From Terriglobales bacterium (GTDB lineage Bacteria > Acidobacteriota > Terriglobia > Terriglobales > Acidobacteriaceae), in contig DATEGH010000116.1 in NCBI GenBank assembly GCA_035280185.1, positions 1-51,158 of the forward strand: a stretch of 51,158 nt of DNA, given 5' to 3'. Below, in pieces: positions 9,550-18,140 of this stretch. Position 1 is the stretch's first letter; each line of letters opens with the position of its first letter. Made by a program: the position numbers and the translations under genes. The notes below the pieces were generated by a model. The model made no database searches. It saw only the letters and a list, made by a program, of their open reading frames with translations, and was not told the origin of the DNA.

Positions 9550-9640
9550 AATTGGTAATCGGGAAATTTGGTAATTGGGTAATTTCAACCCGTGATCCCT
9601 TCCCGATTACCAAATTACGAAATTACTCAATTACCAAATC
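9550..9640. repeat. GGTAATT-word hairpin element (rpoA-rplQ spacer)
   Basis: CAATTGGTAATCGGGAAATTTGGTAATTGGGTAATTTC against CCGATTACCAAATTACGAAATTACTCAATTACCAAATC. Shares the 21-mer AAATTACTCAATTACCAAATC with the 6281-6360 copy. Confidence 0.8.
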
Positions 9641-9652
9641 AAGGATTTGACC

Positions 9653-10150
9653 ATGCGCCATCGCAATGCAACCAAGAAACTCGGACGAAACACAAGCCAC
9701 CGGCGCGCGCTGCTGCGCAACCTGGTGACCTCGCTCATCATGGAAGAGCGGATTGAAACCACGCCGGCCAAAGCCAAAGCCATGCGCCCGCATGTGGAAA
9801 AGATGATCACACTGGGCAAACGCGGCGACGTGCCAGCCCGGCGGCTCGCGCTCGGCTATCTGATGACGCGCGAATCCGTTGACCGGCTTTTTGATACCGT
9901 TGCGCCACGCTTCGGCGACCGTAACGGCGGCTATCTGCGCATCATTCACAAAGGCTGGCGGACGGGCGACGGCGCGGAGACCTGCTTCATCGAACTGCTG
10001 GGCAGCGAGAAAGTCATCGAGGCCAAGCGGGCCAAGCGGGCGGAAATCCGGGCCAAGCGTCAGGAAGAAATCCGCAAGCAAATGGAAGAAGAGCAGGCCC
10101 AGACCGGCGCCACGCCAGAACAGGGCGGCGGCGAAGAAGAAAACAAGTAG
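9653..10150 (+). CDS. rplQ: 50S ribosomal protein L17, with long charged C-terminal tail
   Basis: MRHRNATKKLGRNTSHRRALLRNL. I prefer the ATG at 9653 (AAGGA 7 nt upstream) over the track's TTG at 9647. Confidence 0.93.
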   Translation: MRHRNATKKLGRNTSHRRALLRNLVTSLIMEERIETTPAKAKAMRPHVEKMITLGKRGDVPARRLALGYLMTRESVDRLFDTVAPRFGDRNGGYLRIIHKGWRTGDGAETCFIELLGSEKVIEAKRAKRAEIRAKRQEEIRKQMEEEQAQTGATPEQGGGEEENK

Positions 10151-10175
10151 CCGCAATCCCAACAATTTTTAAGCT

Positions 10176-10208
10176 AATGCGCTCCGTGAAAGGAGCGCAT
10201 TCTTTTTT
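10176..10208 (+). terminator. rho-independent terminator closing the alpha operon
   Basis: Stem AATGCGCTCC / GGAGCGCATT (10176-10185 / 10192-10201), loop GTGAAA, then a TTTTTT run. Confidence 0.85.
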
Positions 10209-10308
10209 ATCTGCATAGTCCGCGAACGTCTTGAAAAGTTGAGGGTCACACTTAGCGTGGCTGGCTTCTAACGAGAGTTGATATAACAGACCAGAGGTCA
10301 AGAAGGGC

Positions 10309-11175
10309 TTGAAGTCAAATGAACCAGTTTTCCTGAGTCGTGCCGATGCGCGCCGGATGGAGGCAGCTGAGGAATTTGGCGCATTGCGCTACGCACAGGC
10401 GATGCAAGAGCGCAAACCGGAAATGGGCGCGTGTTGGGAACAGTTTCTGGGCGGGGATATTGTCTTTGTTGCGCGCCGTTCTCCCGTCGGACGAGCGCAT
10501 GGCTTAGGCTTCGCAGAGAAGGTTACCCCTGATGACATTGAGCATGTGGAGGATTTCTACTTCCAGCGTGAGGCCCATGCCCAGGTGGACGTCTGCCCTT
10601 ATGCGGATTCATCTCTCTTCGAGGCACTGAACCGGCGCGGCTTTCAAGTGGCCGAATTTAACCAGACGTTGGCGCGCTGGATTTTGCCGGAAGAAAAATT
10701 TGCCGCGCAGCCGGGCCGGGGGATTGAGATCCGCAGAGTAAAGCCGGACGAGGCGCGCATCTGGTCAGAGTTGTGCGCGAAAGTCTTTTTTGAAGACCAG
10801 GCTCCCCGCTTTTCTGATTTCTTCCTGCCCTGGGCTGCTCCGGAACATCCCCTTGCTCTGGCGGCATTTGTGGATGGAACGATGGTGGGAGTCGCCGGCG
10901 GACTGATCGTGCCGGAACACAATATGGCCGGCTTCTTCGGAGCAGCTACTCTGTCGGAATTTCGCGGCAGGGGAATCCAAACAGCGTTCATGCAAGAACG
11001 CCTGCGTCTGGCACAGCAGGCCGGATGCACCTTGGCCGTCACGCTCACCATGCCAGGCACGACCTCGCAGCGCAACGTGGAACGCACCGGGTTCCGCACC
11101 GCCTATACAAAGGTGGTCTGTATCAAGCGCCATCCGAACTCAAAAGGCTCAGTGCAGGTGCATTACTCCAAGTAA
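10309..11175 (+). CDS. GNAT-family N-acetyltransferase
   Basis: C-terminal half carries an acetyl-CoA motif-A-like FRGRGIQTAFMQERLRLAQQAG. Start is uncertain: TTG at 10309, with an in-frame ATG at 10357. Confidence 0.7.
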   Translation: MKSNEPVFLSRADARRMEAAEEFGALRYAQAMQERKPEMGACWEQFLGGDIVFVARRSPVGRAHGLGFAEKVTPDDIEHVEDFYFQREAHAQVDVCPYADSSLFEALNRRGFQVAEFNQTLARWILPEEKFAAQPGRGIEIRRVKPDEARIWSELCAKVFFEDQAPRFSDFFLPWAAPEHPLALAAFVDGTMVGVAGGLIVPEHNMAGFFGAATLSEFRGRGIQTAFMQERLRLAQQAGCTLAVTLTMPGTTSQRNVERTGFRTAYTKVVCIKRHPNSKGSVQVHYSK

Positions 11176-11177
11176 GC

Positions 11178-11222
11178 GTTCAATTTGGATTATTTGGCAA
11201 TTCTGGCACTGTTGGCAGTTCG
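11178..11222. repeat. solo copy of the 16801-16912 repeat arm
   Basis: GTTCAATTTGGATTATTTGGCAATTCTGGC... closely matches the reverse complement of arm 16801-16843 (GTTCAATTTGGATTTTTTGGCAATTTCGGC...). Confidence 0.65.
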
Positions 11223-11309
11223 CATCCGCGACATTTGACTGTGCGCCAACGTGTAAGCTAGCCTCAATAGTTCCTCAGGAACGGCTCGTCTATCAGCTCC
11301 ATAACGATC

Positions 11310-13046
11310 ATGACTTGGTTCCGTAAATCTCTGATTGCGCAGATAGTTACAGTTTGCCTCGCGGCAGTTGGCGTGGCCGCAGCGGACGGGCTGCGTCCGG
11401 TTCACGCCAATAAAGCAATTGTGGCGAGCGTTCATCCAGAAGCTTCACGCGTCGGGGCCGAGATCATGCGCCGGGGCGGCAACGCGGTGGATGCCGCCGT
11501 CGCCACCGGATTTGCTCTCGCTGTCGTCCATCCCGAGGCCGGCAACATCGGAGGCGGCGGTTTCATGCTGGTGCGCATGGCCTCCGGCGAGGTGCATTTT
11601 CTCGACTATCGCGAGAAAGCCCCCAAAGCTGCCACGCGCGACATGTACCTGGACGCTCAGGGGAACGTAATCCCGAACGCCAGTCTTGTCGGATATAGAG
11701 CCATCGGCGTGCCGGGCTCGGTTGCGGGATTGGTTTATGCGGAGAAGCATTGGGGCACATTGCCACTCTCTGCCGTGATGGAGCCGGCCATCCGGCTGGC
11801 CCGCGATGGCGTCCGGCTCACCTACGACGAAGCGCAATCCATGCACGAAAAAGAACTGGCACAGTTTGCGGAATCAAAGCACATTTTCCAGCGCGACGGA
11901 AACTACTATCAGCCGGGAGATCTGTTCCGGCAGCCGGAACTGGCCCGTACGTTGGAGCGGATTGCAGCGAATCCGGACGACTTCTACCAAGGCGCCATGG
12001 CACGCGAACTGGCGCAGGAGATCCAGCGCGGCGGCGGGCTGATCACGGCTGAAGATCTGGCTTCATACGAAGTGAAGGAGCGCCAGCCGATCCAAGGCAC
12101 TTACCGCGGCTATCAGATTCTCAGCGCACCTCCGCCAAGTTCCGGCGGAATCACGTTGGTGGAATCGCTCAACATACTCGAAGGCTACGATCTGGGGAAG
12201 CTGGGCAGCCGCTCGGCCGACTCGATGCACTTGACGGTGGAAGCTTTCCGGCGGGCATTTTACGATCGCGCGGAGTTTCTCGGGGACCCTGATTTCAACC
12301 AGCTTCCTGTCGCGCAATTGATTGACAAGAAGTACGCAGCGGCGTGGCGCGAGTCCATCGATCCTATGCACGCCAGTGACAGCAAAGCGCTGCGGCGGCC
12401 GGCCGGTTTTGGCGATCTTGACCGGCGTGCCAAGGCGCAGGCTGCTTTCGTCGGGTCGGAGTCACACAATACCACGCACTATTCTGTGGTTGATCCTCAG
12501 GGAAATGCCGTCGCCGTTACCACAACACTGAACGAAAGCTTCGGCTCGGCGGTAACGGCAGGCAAGCTAGGATTCCTGCTCAACGATGAGATGGACGACT
12601 TCACTTCAAAGCCCGGTGTGCCGAATACTTATGGGCTGATTCAGAGTGCGGCCAACTCCATAGCTCCCGGCAAGCGCCCGCTTTCGGCCATGGCGCCGAC
12701 CATCGTGACCAAAGATGGCAAGCTGTTCCTGGTGCTGGGCTCGCCAGGCGGCCCGCGCATCATCACCACGGTCGCGAATATTGTGATGGGAGTTGTGGAC
12801 TATGGCCTCGATATCGAGCAGGCGGTGAACGCGCCGCGTTTCCACCATCAGTGGGAACCAGATCAGATTGATGTCGAGGATGTTGGCATCTCTCCTGACA
12901 CGCTGAAGCTGCTGGAAGCGCGCGGCCACAAAATCAAGCAGGAAAATTACTGGAGTGACGGCGAGTGCATTGCAGTTGATCCGCGCACGGGAGAGTTGCT
13001 GGGCGCATCCGACGGCCGCAACGGCGGGAAGGCAGTGGGATTCTAA
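11310..13046 (+). CDS. ggt: gamma-glutamyltranspeptidase
   Basis: Signal peptide. GGNAVDAAVA, GNIGGGGFMLV, autoprocessing site ...SHNTTHYSVVD, GSPGGPRIITT. Confidence 0.93.
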   Translation: MTWFRKSLIAQIVTVCLAAVGVAAADGLRPVHANKAIVASVHPEASRVGAEIMRRGGNAVDAAVATGFALAVVHPEAGNIGGGGFMLVRMASGEVHFLDYREKAPKAATRDMYLDAQGNVIPNASLVGYRAIGVPGSVAGLVYAEKHWGTLPLSAVMEPAIRLARDGVRLTYDEAQSMHEKELAQFAESKHIFQRDGNYYQPGDLFRQPELARTLERIAANPDDFYQGAMARELAQEIQRGGGLITAEDLASYEVKERQPIQGTYRGYQILSAPPPSSGGITLVESLNILEGYDLGKLGSRSADSMHLTVEAFRRAFYDRAEFLGDPDFNQLPVAQLIDKKYAAAWRESIDPMHASDSKALRRPAGFGDLDRRAKAQAAFVGSESHNTTHYSVVDPQGNAVAVTTTLNESFGSAVTAGKLGFLLNDEMDDFTSKPGVPNTYGLIQSAANSIAPGKRPLSAMAPTIVTKDGKLFLVLGSPGGPRIITTVANIVMGVVDYGLDIEQAVNAPRFHHQWEPDQIDVEDVGISPDTLKLLEARGHKIKQENYWSDGECIAVDPRTGELLGASDGRNGGKAVGF

Positions 13047-13877
13047 ATGCTGCGCGCCATCTCCAGCTATATTTTTATCAAGAAGAGGTTGCACCCTGGG
13101 CTGCTGGATACGTTCAAGCGCGGCGGAGCACAGGCAATCGAGATCTTTGCCGCGCGCGGCCACTTCAATTACACGGAAAAGGAGCACATCAAGGAACTGG
13201 GCGAATGGTTCAGGACGGAAGGCGTGGAGTTCCATTCCATGCACTCGCCCATGTACATGAGCAATGAGCTCAAAGCGGGCGGGCGGCCGCTGAACATCGT
13301 GGACCTGGACAAGCCATCCCGCGTGGATGCGATGGATGAGATCAAGCGCGCTGTGGAAGTAGCTGAGTATCTGCCGTTTCGGTTTCTCATCCAGCACATC
13401 GGCAAGAGCGACGAGTATGACGATCCGCGAAAGTTTGAAAACGCGCTGAGTTCGGTGGAGCATCTGCGCGCCTTCTGCCGCCAGCTCGGGATCACACTGC
13501 TGCTGGAGAACATCCCCAACGATCTGGCGACTCCAGAAAAGTTGAACGAGTTGCTGAGATCGCTGCACTACCCCGATCTTGGCATCTGCTTCGATACCGG
13601 ACACGCGCACATGATGAGCTCGGTTCATCAGGCGTTTGGAGTCTTGGAGAACCGCGTGCGCTCCACTCACGTTCATGACAATCGCGGAGACAAGGATGCG
13701 CATTTCTGGCCGGGCGAAGGAACCATTGATTGGGCAGACACCATGCAGGCGCTGCGAGCCGCGCCGCAAGTACCGGCAATGCTGCTTGAGATTGAAGGCC
13801 AGGACGGCATCGACGTGGCGGGAAAGATGCAGGAAGCTTACAAGATGCTGGAGACAGCAGCGGTTCCAGCAGGATAG
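13047..13877 (+). CDS. sugar phosphate isomerase/epimerase (xylose-isomerase-like TIM barrel)
   Basis: [23 protein letters not shown]...[13 protein letters not shown] motifs. ATG directly abuts the ggt stop. Confidence 0.8.
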   Translation: MLRAISSYIFIKKRLHPGLLDTFKRGGAQAIEIFAARGHFNYTEKEHIKELGEWFRTEGVEFHSMHSPMYMSNELKAGGRPLNIVDLDKPSRVDAMDEIKRAVEVAEYLPFRFLIQHIGKSDEYDDPRKFENALSSVEHLRAFCRQLGITLLLENIPNDLATPEKLNELLRSLHYPDLGICFDTGHAHMMSSVHQAFGVLENRVRSTHVHDNRGDKDAHFWPGEGTIDWADTMQALRAAPQVPAMLLEIEGQDGIDVAGKMQEAYKMLETAAVPAG

Positions 13878-13882
13878 GCAAA

Positions 13883-15220
13883 ATGGAGACAACAACACAG
13901 GCGCCCATTGCCGGCATCGCGGAAATCGGCCAGCATGAAGGGCAGAGCGTGACGATTCGCGGCTGGTTGTACAACAAGCGCGAGAGCGGCAAGCTCATCT
14001 TTCCTATCTTCCGCGATGGTACCGGCGTGATCCAGGGCGTGGTTCCGAAGAATCAGGTTACGCCAGAAGTGTTTGACACGCTCAAGAACCTCACGGATGA
14101 ATCGAGCGTGATCGTCACAGGCAAAGTCCGGGCCGATAAGCGCGCTCCTGGCGGCTATGAGCTCGACGTGAGCGACGTCAAAGTCGTGCAGCGTGTGCCC
14201 GAAGACGATCCGTTCCCGATTGCCCGCAAAGAACATGGTCCGGACTTCCTGATGGAGAATCGTCATCTGTGGATGCGGACGCCGCGCCAGGCAGCGATCC
14301 TCCGCGTGCGCGCCGAGATCATTCGTGCGGCAAGAAATTTCTTTGACGAGCGCGGCTTTACGCTCACTGATCCGCCCATCCTCACACCAGCTGCGTGCGA
14401 AGGCACGACGACTCTCTTCCCTGTGGACTACTTTGAGGAGCAGGCGTTCCTGACGCAGTCCGGACAACTCTACCTCGAAGCAACGGCAATGGCGCTGGGC
14501 AAGGTGTATTCGTTCGGGCCAACGTTTCGCGCCGAAAAATCGAAGACGCGCCGCCATCTCACTGAGTTCTGGATGGTAGAACCCGAAGTTGCCTACGCCG
14601 AGCTGAACGACATCATGGAGCTGGCGGAAAACTTCATCAGCCATATTGTCCAGAGCGTGATTGCACACCGCCGCGCTGATTTGGAAACGATTGGCCGCGA
14701 TGTCACCAAGCTTGAAAACATCAAGGCGCCATTCCCCCGCATCACCTACGATGACGCGGTGAAGATGCTTCAAGAAGGCCATGCCAAAGGCCAGATTGAA
14801 ACCAAGTTTGAGTGGGGCGGAGACTTCGGTTCCCCGGACGAGACTTACATCTCTACGCAATTTGAGCGGCCGGTGATGGTGCATCGGTATCCGGCGCAGG
14901 TAAAGGCTTTCTACATGGAACCCGATCCGCAGCGGCCTGAGCTGGCGCTGTGCGTGGACGTGCTCGCGCCGGAAGGTTATGGCGAGATCATCGGCGGTTC
15001 TCAGCGCATCGGCGACTATAACCTGCTGCGGCAACGGATTCATGAACACGATCTGCCGGAGTCGGCTTTCAAGTGGTATCTCGATTTGCGCAAGTTCGGA
15101 GGAGTGCCGCACGCGGGCTTCGGCATGGGGATTGAACGAGCCGTGGCGTGGATCTGTGGCCTCGAGCACGTGCGCGAGACGATTCCGTTCGCGCGGACGC
15201 TTACGCGCATTTATCCGTAA
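13883..15220 (+). CDS. asnS: asparagine--tRNA ligase
   Basis: N-terminal OB fold, then class II motifs including [25 protein letters not shown] and [13 protein letters not shown]. Confidence 0.9.
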   Translation: METTTQAPIAGIAEIGQHEGQSVTIRGWLYNKRESGKLIFPIFRDGTGVIQGVVPKNQVTPEVFDTLKNLTDESSVIVTGKVRADKRAPGGYELDVSDVKVVQRVPEDDPFPIARKEHGPDFLMENRHLWMRTPRQAAILRVRAEIIRAARNFFDERGFTLTDPPILTPAACEGTTTLFPVDYFEEQAFLTQSGQLYLEATAMALGKVYSFGPTFRAEKSKTRRHLTEFWMVEPEVAYAELNDIMELAENFISHIVQSVIAHRRADLETIGRDVTKLENIKAPFPRITYDDAVKMLQEGHAKGQIETKFEWGGDFGSPDETYISTQFERPVMVHRYPAQVKAFYMEPDPQRPELALCVDVLAPEGYGEIIGGSQRIGDYNLLRQRIHEHDLPESAFKWYLDLRKFGGVPHAGFGMGIERAVAWICGLEHVRETIPFARTLTRIYP

Positions 15221-15237
15221 TGCATTAACTGCAAGTT

Positions 15238-16239
15238 ATGACACCTGAAGCAAGCACGATAGCAGTACCCGGCAAGACAGAACCTGCCAACCGGCCTGTG
15301 GTCGCGGACAACATTGTCCCCAAAAGAATCCGCATCCTTGGTGTTCCGCTGGACTTGGGGCAGTCGCGGCGTGGAGTGGACATGGGCCCCTCGGCTGTGC
15401 GAGTCGCTGGTCTTGAAGCGCGGCTGGAGGCGCTGGGCCATATCGTGGAAGACGGCGGCAATGTTGCGGTCGCAATCCCGGAACAGAAGAAAGAAGGAGA
15501 CCGCCGCGCCAAATATCTGAAAGAGATCACCGCCACCTGCACCAAGCATGCGGAAATGGTTTATAAGACACTCGAAGCCGGCAAGTTCCCCCTGGTGCTG
15601 GGCGGCGACCATTCTGTAGCCGCGGGGACTGTGGCGGGAGTGGCGGAATTTTACCGGCAGCAACGGCGCGTGCAGGAGCAGAAGATCGGCCTCATCTGGA
15701 TCGATGCGCACGCCGACATCAATACGCCGGAAACTTCACCCAGTGGCAATGTCCATGGAATGCCGCTCGCTGCGATCCTGGGTCTGGGCCCGCCGGAACT
15801 GGCCAACATCTATAACTTCTCTCCGAAAGTCTCGCCGGAAAACTGCGTCCTCGTCGGCGTGCGCGATATTGATTCGAGGGAGAAAGAAAACATCAAGGAA
15901 GCCGGCATCGAAGCTTATACCATGCGCGATATTGACGAACGCGGCATGCGCACGGTGATCGAAGAAGCGTTGCGCGTGGCCGGACGCGGAACTGCCGGAT
16001 ATCACGTTTCGCTTGACATGGACTGGATTGATCCGGAAGATGCGCCGGGAGTGGGAACTCCGGTGCGCGGCGGCGCCAGCTACCGGGAAGCCCATTTGGC
16101 CATGGAAATCATCTCAGATCATGGGCGCATGGTGAGCTTCGAGATCGTCGAGGTAAACCCTGTGATTGATGAACACAACCGAACTGCGAATTTGGCCGTC
16201 GAGTTGGCGCTCTCGGCTTTCGGAAAGAAGATTCTGTGA
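15238..16239 (+). CDS. rocF: arginase / ureohydrolase family
   Basis: GGDHSVAAGTV, WIDAHADINTPETSPSGNVHGMPLA, SLDMDWIDP Mn-ligand motifs. Confidence 0.88.
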   Translation: MTPEASTIAVPGKTEPANRPVVADNIVPKRIRILGVPLDLGQSRRGVDMGPSAVRVAGLEARLEALGHIVEDGGNVAVAIPEQKKEGDRRAKYLKEITATCTKHAEMVYKTLEAGKFPLVLGGDHSVAAGTVAGVAEFYRQQRRVQEQKIGLIWIDAHADINTPETSPSGNVHGMPLAAILGLGPPELANIYNFSPKVSPENCVLVGVRDIDSREKENIKEAGIEAYTMRDIDERGMRTVIEEALRVAGRGTAGYHVSLDMDWIDPEDAPGVGTPVRGGASYREAHLAMEIISDHGRMVSFEIVEVNPVIDEHNRTANLAVELALSAFGKKIL

Positions 16240-16796
16240 ACATGGTTTTCCGCCGCATATCGCCTCTAAGCCGAATTGCTCTCACCTTGCTGCTAGTCTG
16301 TTTGACTACGCCTGTTCTTGCGCAGAGCAGCTCAGATTCTGATGCCAAGCCTTCCAGTCCGGCAGACCGGCAGCGGTTCCTCAACGTCACGCGCAAGCTC
16401 GAACAAGACCCGCTGGATGAGAGCATGCGCCAGGACCGCGGTTGGGCGCTCAAGTGGTTGGAAGACGTGCCGGACATCAACGTGAGCATCTGCCCCACGG
16501 TCCTGGGAGAGCTGCCGCAATCACAGTATCGCTACGTGCGCCAGATCGCCGCTCAATTCAGCCTGGAGATGGGAGCGTTCCTCATCGAGCACCCGCAGCA
16601 GGTTGGTGATCTGAATGCCCAGTATCTTGCCGGAGTCGAAGGAGCGCTGCGCGCCTACAAATCCATTCTCAAGACCCAGCCTATGGCGACTTCCGCGGTC
16701 CTGGAAGGCTTGTTGAACATGCAGGAACAAGGCAAGCTGGAGGCATGGGTGCGGGAGCGCGCAAGAGCGTGCGAAGGCGGAGACCAAGTAACGTAG
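16236..16796 (+). CDS. secreted hypothetical protein
   Basis: Signal peptide (...LLLVCLTTPVLAQS). Overlaps the arginase stop by 4 nt. No family recognised. Confidence 0.6.
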   Translation: MNMVFRRISPLSRIALTLLLVCLTTPVLAQSSSDSDAKPSSPADRQRFLNVTRKLEQDPLDESMRQDRGWALKWLEDVPDINVSICPTVLGELPQSQYRYVRQIAAQFSLEMGAFLIEHPQQVGDLNAQYLAGVEGALRAYKSILKTQPMATSAVLEGLLNMQEQGKLEAWVRERARACEGGDQVT

Positions 16797-16800
16797 AGCA

Positions 16801-16912
16801 GATCGCCGGAATCGCCGAAATTGCCAAAAAATCCAAATTGAACGGCAAGAGCGCCCATTCAATCGTGATGTTCAATTTTCAATCTTTGGCAATTTTGGCA
16901 TTTACGGCGATC
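16801..16912. repeat. inverted repeat with 43-nt arms (possible hairpin or terminator)
   Basis: Arm 16801-16843 is GATCGCCGGAATCGCCGAAATTGCCAAAAAATCCAAATTGAAC. The reverse complement of arm 16870-16912 is GATCGCCGTAAATGCCAAAATTGCCAAAGATTGAAAATTGAAC. Confidence 0.8.
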
Positions 16913-16952
16913 TCTTCTGGTGAGTGGCTGAGTGCTTTAAAGTAAGTTCATC

Positions 16953-18134
16953 ATGAAAAAGATTCGGGTCGGCGTTCTGTTTGGCGGGCGCAGCGGAGAA
17001 CATGAAGTCTCGCTTCTTTCTGCTGCTTCCGTTCTCAGCGCGATCAATAAAGACAAATACGAAGTCGTTCCGATTGGCGTCACCAAAGAAGGACGCTGGG
17101 TGACCGCAGCCGACGCCGACCGCCTCCTGCGGGGAGAAGGCGTAGGTAAGGAGCAGGGACGGCATCTGCGCGCCGGCAATCCTGAAGCGACAACTTCGGC
17201 CGCGGTGCTGGCACGCGGCGAATCCGTGATTGTGCCTCCTGTTCCGCACTCGCACGGTCTGGTACCGTTTGAGAGCGCAGCGCCGGCGGCTCATCATTCT
17301 ATAGATGTGGACGTGATTTTTCCGGTGATGCACGGCACCTTCGGAGAAGACGGCACTGTGCAGGGTCTGCTCGAGTTGGCCGATATCGCGTATGTGGGAG
17401 CAGGTGTGCTCGGCTCCGCGGCCGGCATGGATAAAGATGTAATGAAAAAACTCTTTGCGGCCGAAGGACTACCGATTGTGAAGCACGTTACCATCCTGCG
17501 CTCGCAATGGGAGAAGGAGCCGAAGAAGGTACGCAAGGCAGTCGAAAACAAACTGAAGTATCCAGTCTTCGTGAAGCCGGCAAATCTGGGGTCGTCGGTT
17601 GGCATATCGAAGGCGCACAATCGCGAAGAGCTTGGGCCGGCGATTGACGAAGCAGCGCGTTTTGATCGCAAGATCGTGATCGAAGAAGGAGTCGGCGGGA
17701 AAAAACGAAGAGCGCGCGAACTGGAGTGCGCTGTTTTGGGCAATGATGATCCGAAAGCCTCAGTGGTGGGCGAGATCGTTCCTGGCGCCGAATTCTATGA
17801 CTATAACGCCAAGTACATTGACGAGGGTTCCAAGCCGCTGATTCCCGCTCCCATCCCCCAAAAAGTGATGAAGCACGTGCAGGAGATGGCGGTGCGCGCC
17901 TTCAAGACCGTGGATTGCAGCGGCCTGGCCCGCGTGGATTTTCTGCTGGATCCCGCAAGCAAAAAAATCTACGTGAACGAGATCAACACCATGCCCGGAT
18001 TTACCTCCATCAGCATGTATCCCAAAATGTGGGCCGCTTCGGGTTTAGAGTATCCTGCACTCATCGATCGACTGATTCAACTCGGGCTGCAGCGATTTGA
18101 AGAGAAGAAGAAAAATCGCTTCAGCAAAGACTAG
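16953..18134 (+). CDS. ddl: D-alanine--D-alanine ligase
   Basis: MKKIRVGVLFGGRSGEHEVSL..., FPVMHGTFGEDGTVQGLLE, ATP-grasp C-terminus NEINTMPGFTSISMYPKMW. Confidence 0.95.
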   Translation: MKKIRVGVLFGGRSGEHEVSLLSAASVLSAINKDKYEVVPIGVTKEGRWVTAADADRLLRGEGVGKEQGRHLRAGNPEATTSAAVLARGESVIVPPVPHSHGLVPFESAAPAAHHSIDVDVIFPVMHGTFGEDGTVQGLLELADIAYVGAGVLGSAAGMDKDVMKKLFAAEGLPIVKHVTILRSQWEKEPKKVRKAVENKLKYPVFVKPANLGSSVGISKAHNREELGPAIDEAARFDRKIVIEEGVGGKKRRARELECAVLGNDDPKASVVGEIVPGAEFYDYNAKYIDEGSKPLIPAPIPQKVMKHVQEMAVRAFKTVDCSGLARVDFLLDPASKKIYVNEINTMPGFTSISMYPKMWAASGLEYPALIDRLIQLGLQRFEEKKKNRFSKD

Positions 18135-18140
18135 CAATTT

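Noticed and set aside
1-9652. Possibility that the spacer word-repeats are a CRISPR array or tRNA/ncRNA genes
   Set aside because: There are no constant direct repeats separated by unique spacers of fixed length, and no cas genes. No tRNA-like acceptor or T-arm features (for example GGTTCGAATCC-type) were seen anywhere in the window.
12606-15169. Two very long minus-strand ORFs (12606-13898, 430 aa; 13838-15169, 443 aa)
   Set aside because: They are antisense to ggt, the TIM-barrel gene and asnS, all of which carry unmistakable family motifs. The antisense products are Arg/His/Leu/Ala-rich with no motifs, which is typical of shadow ORFs in GC-rich DNA.
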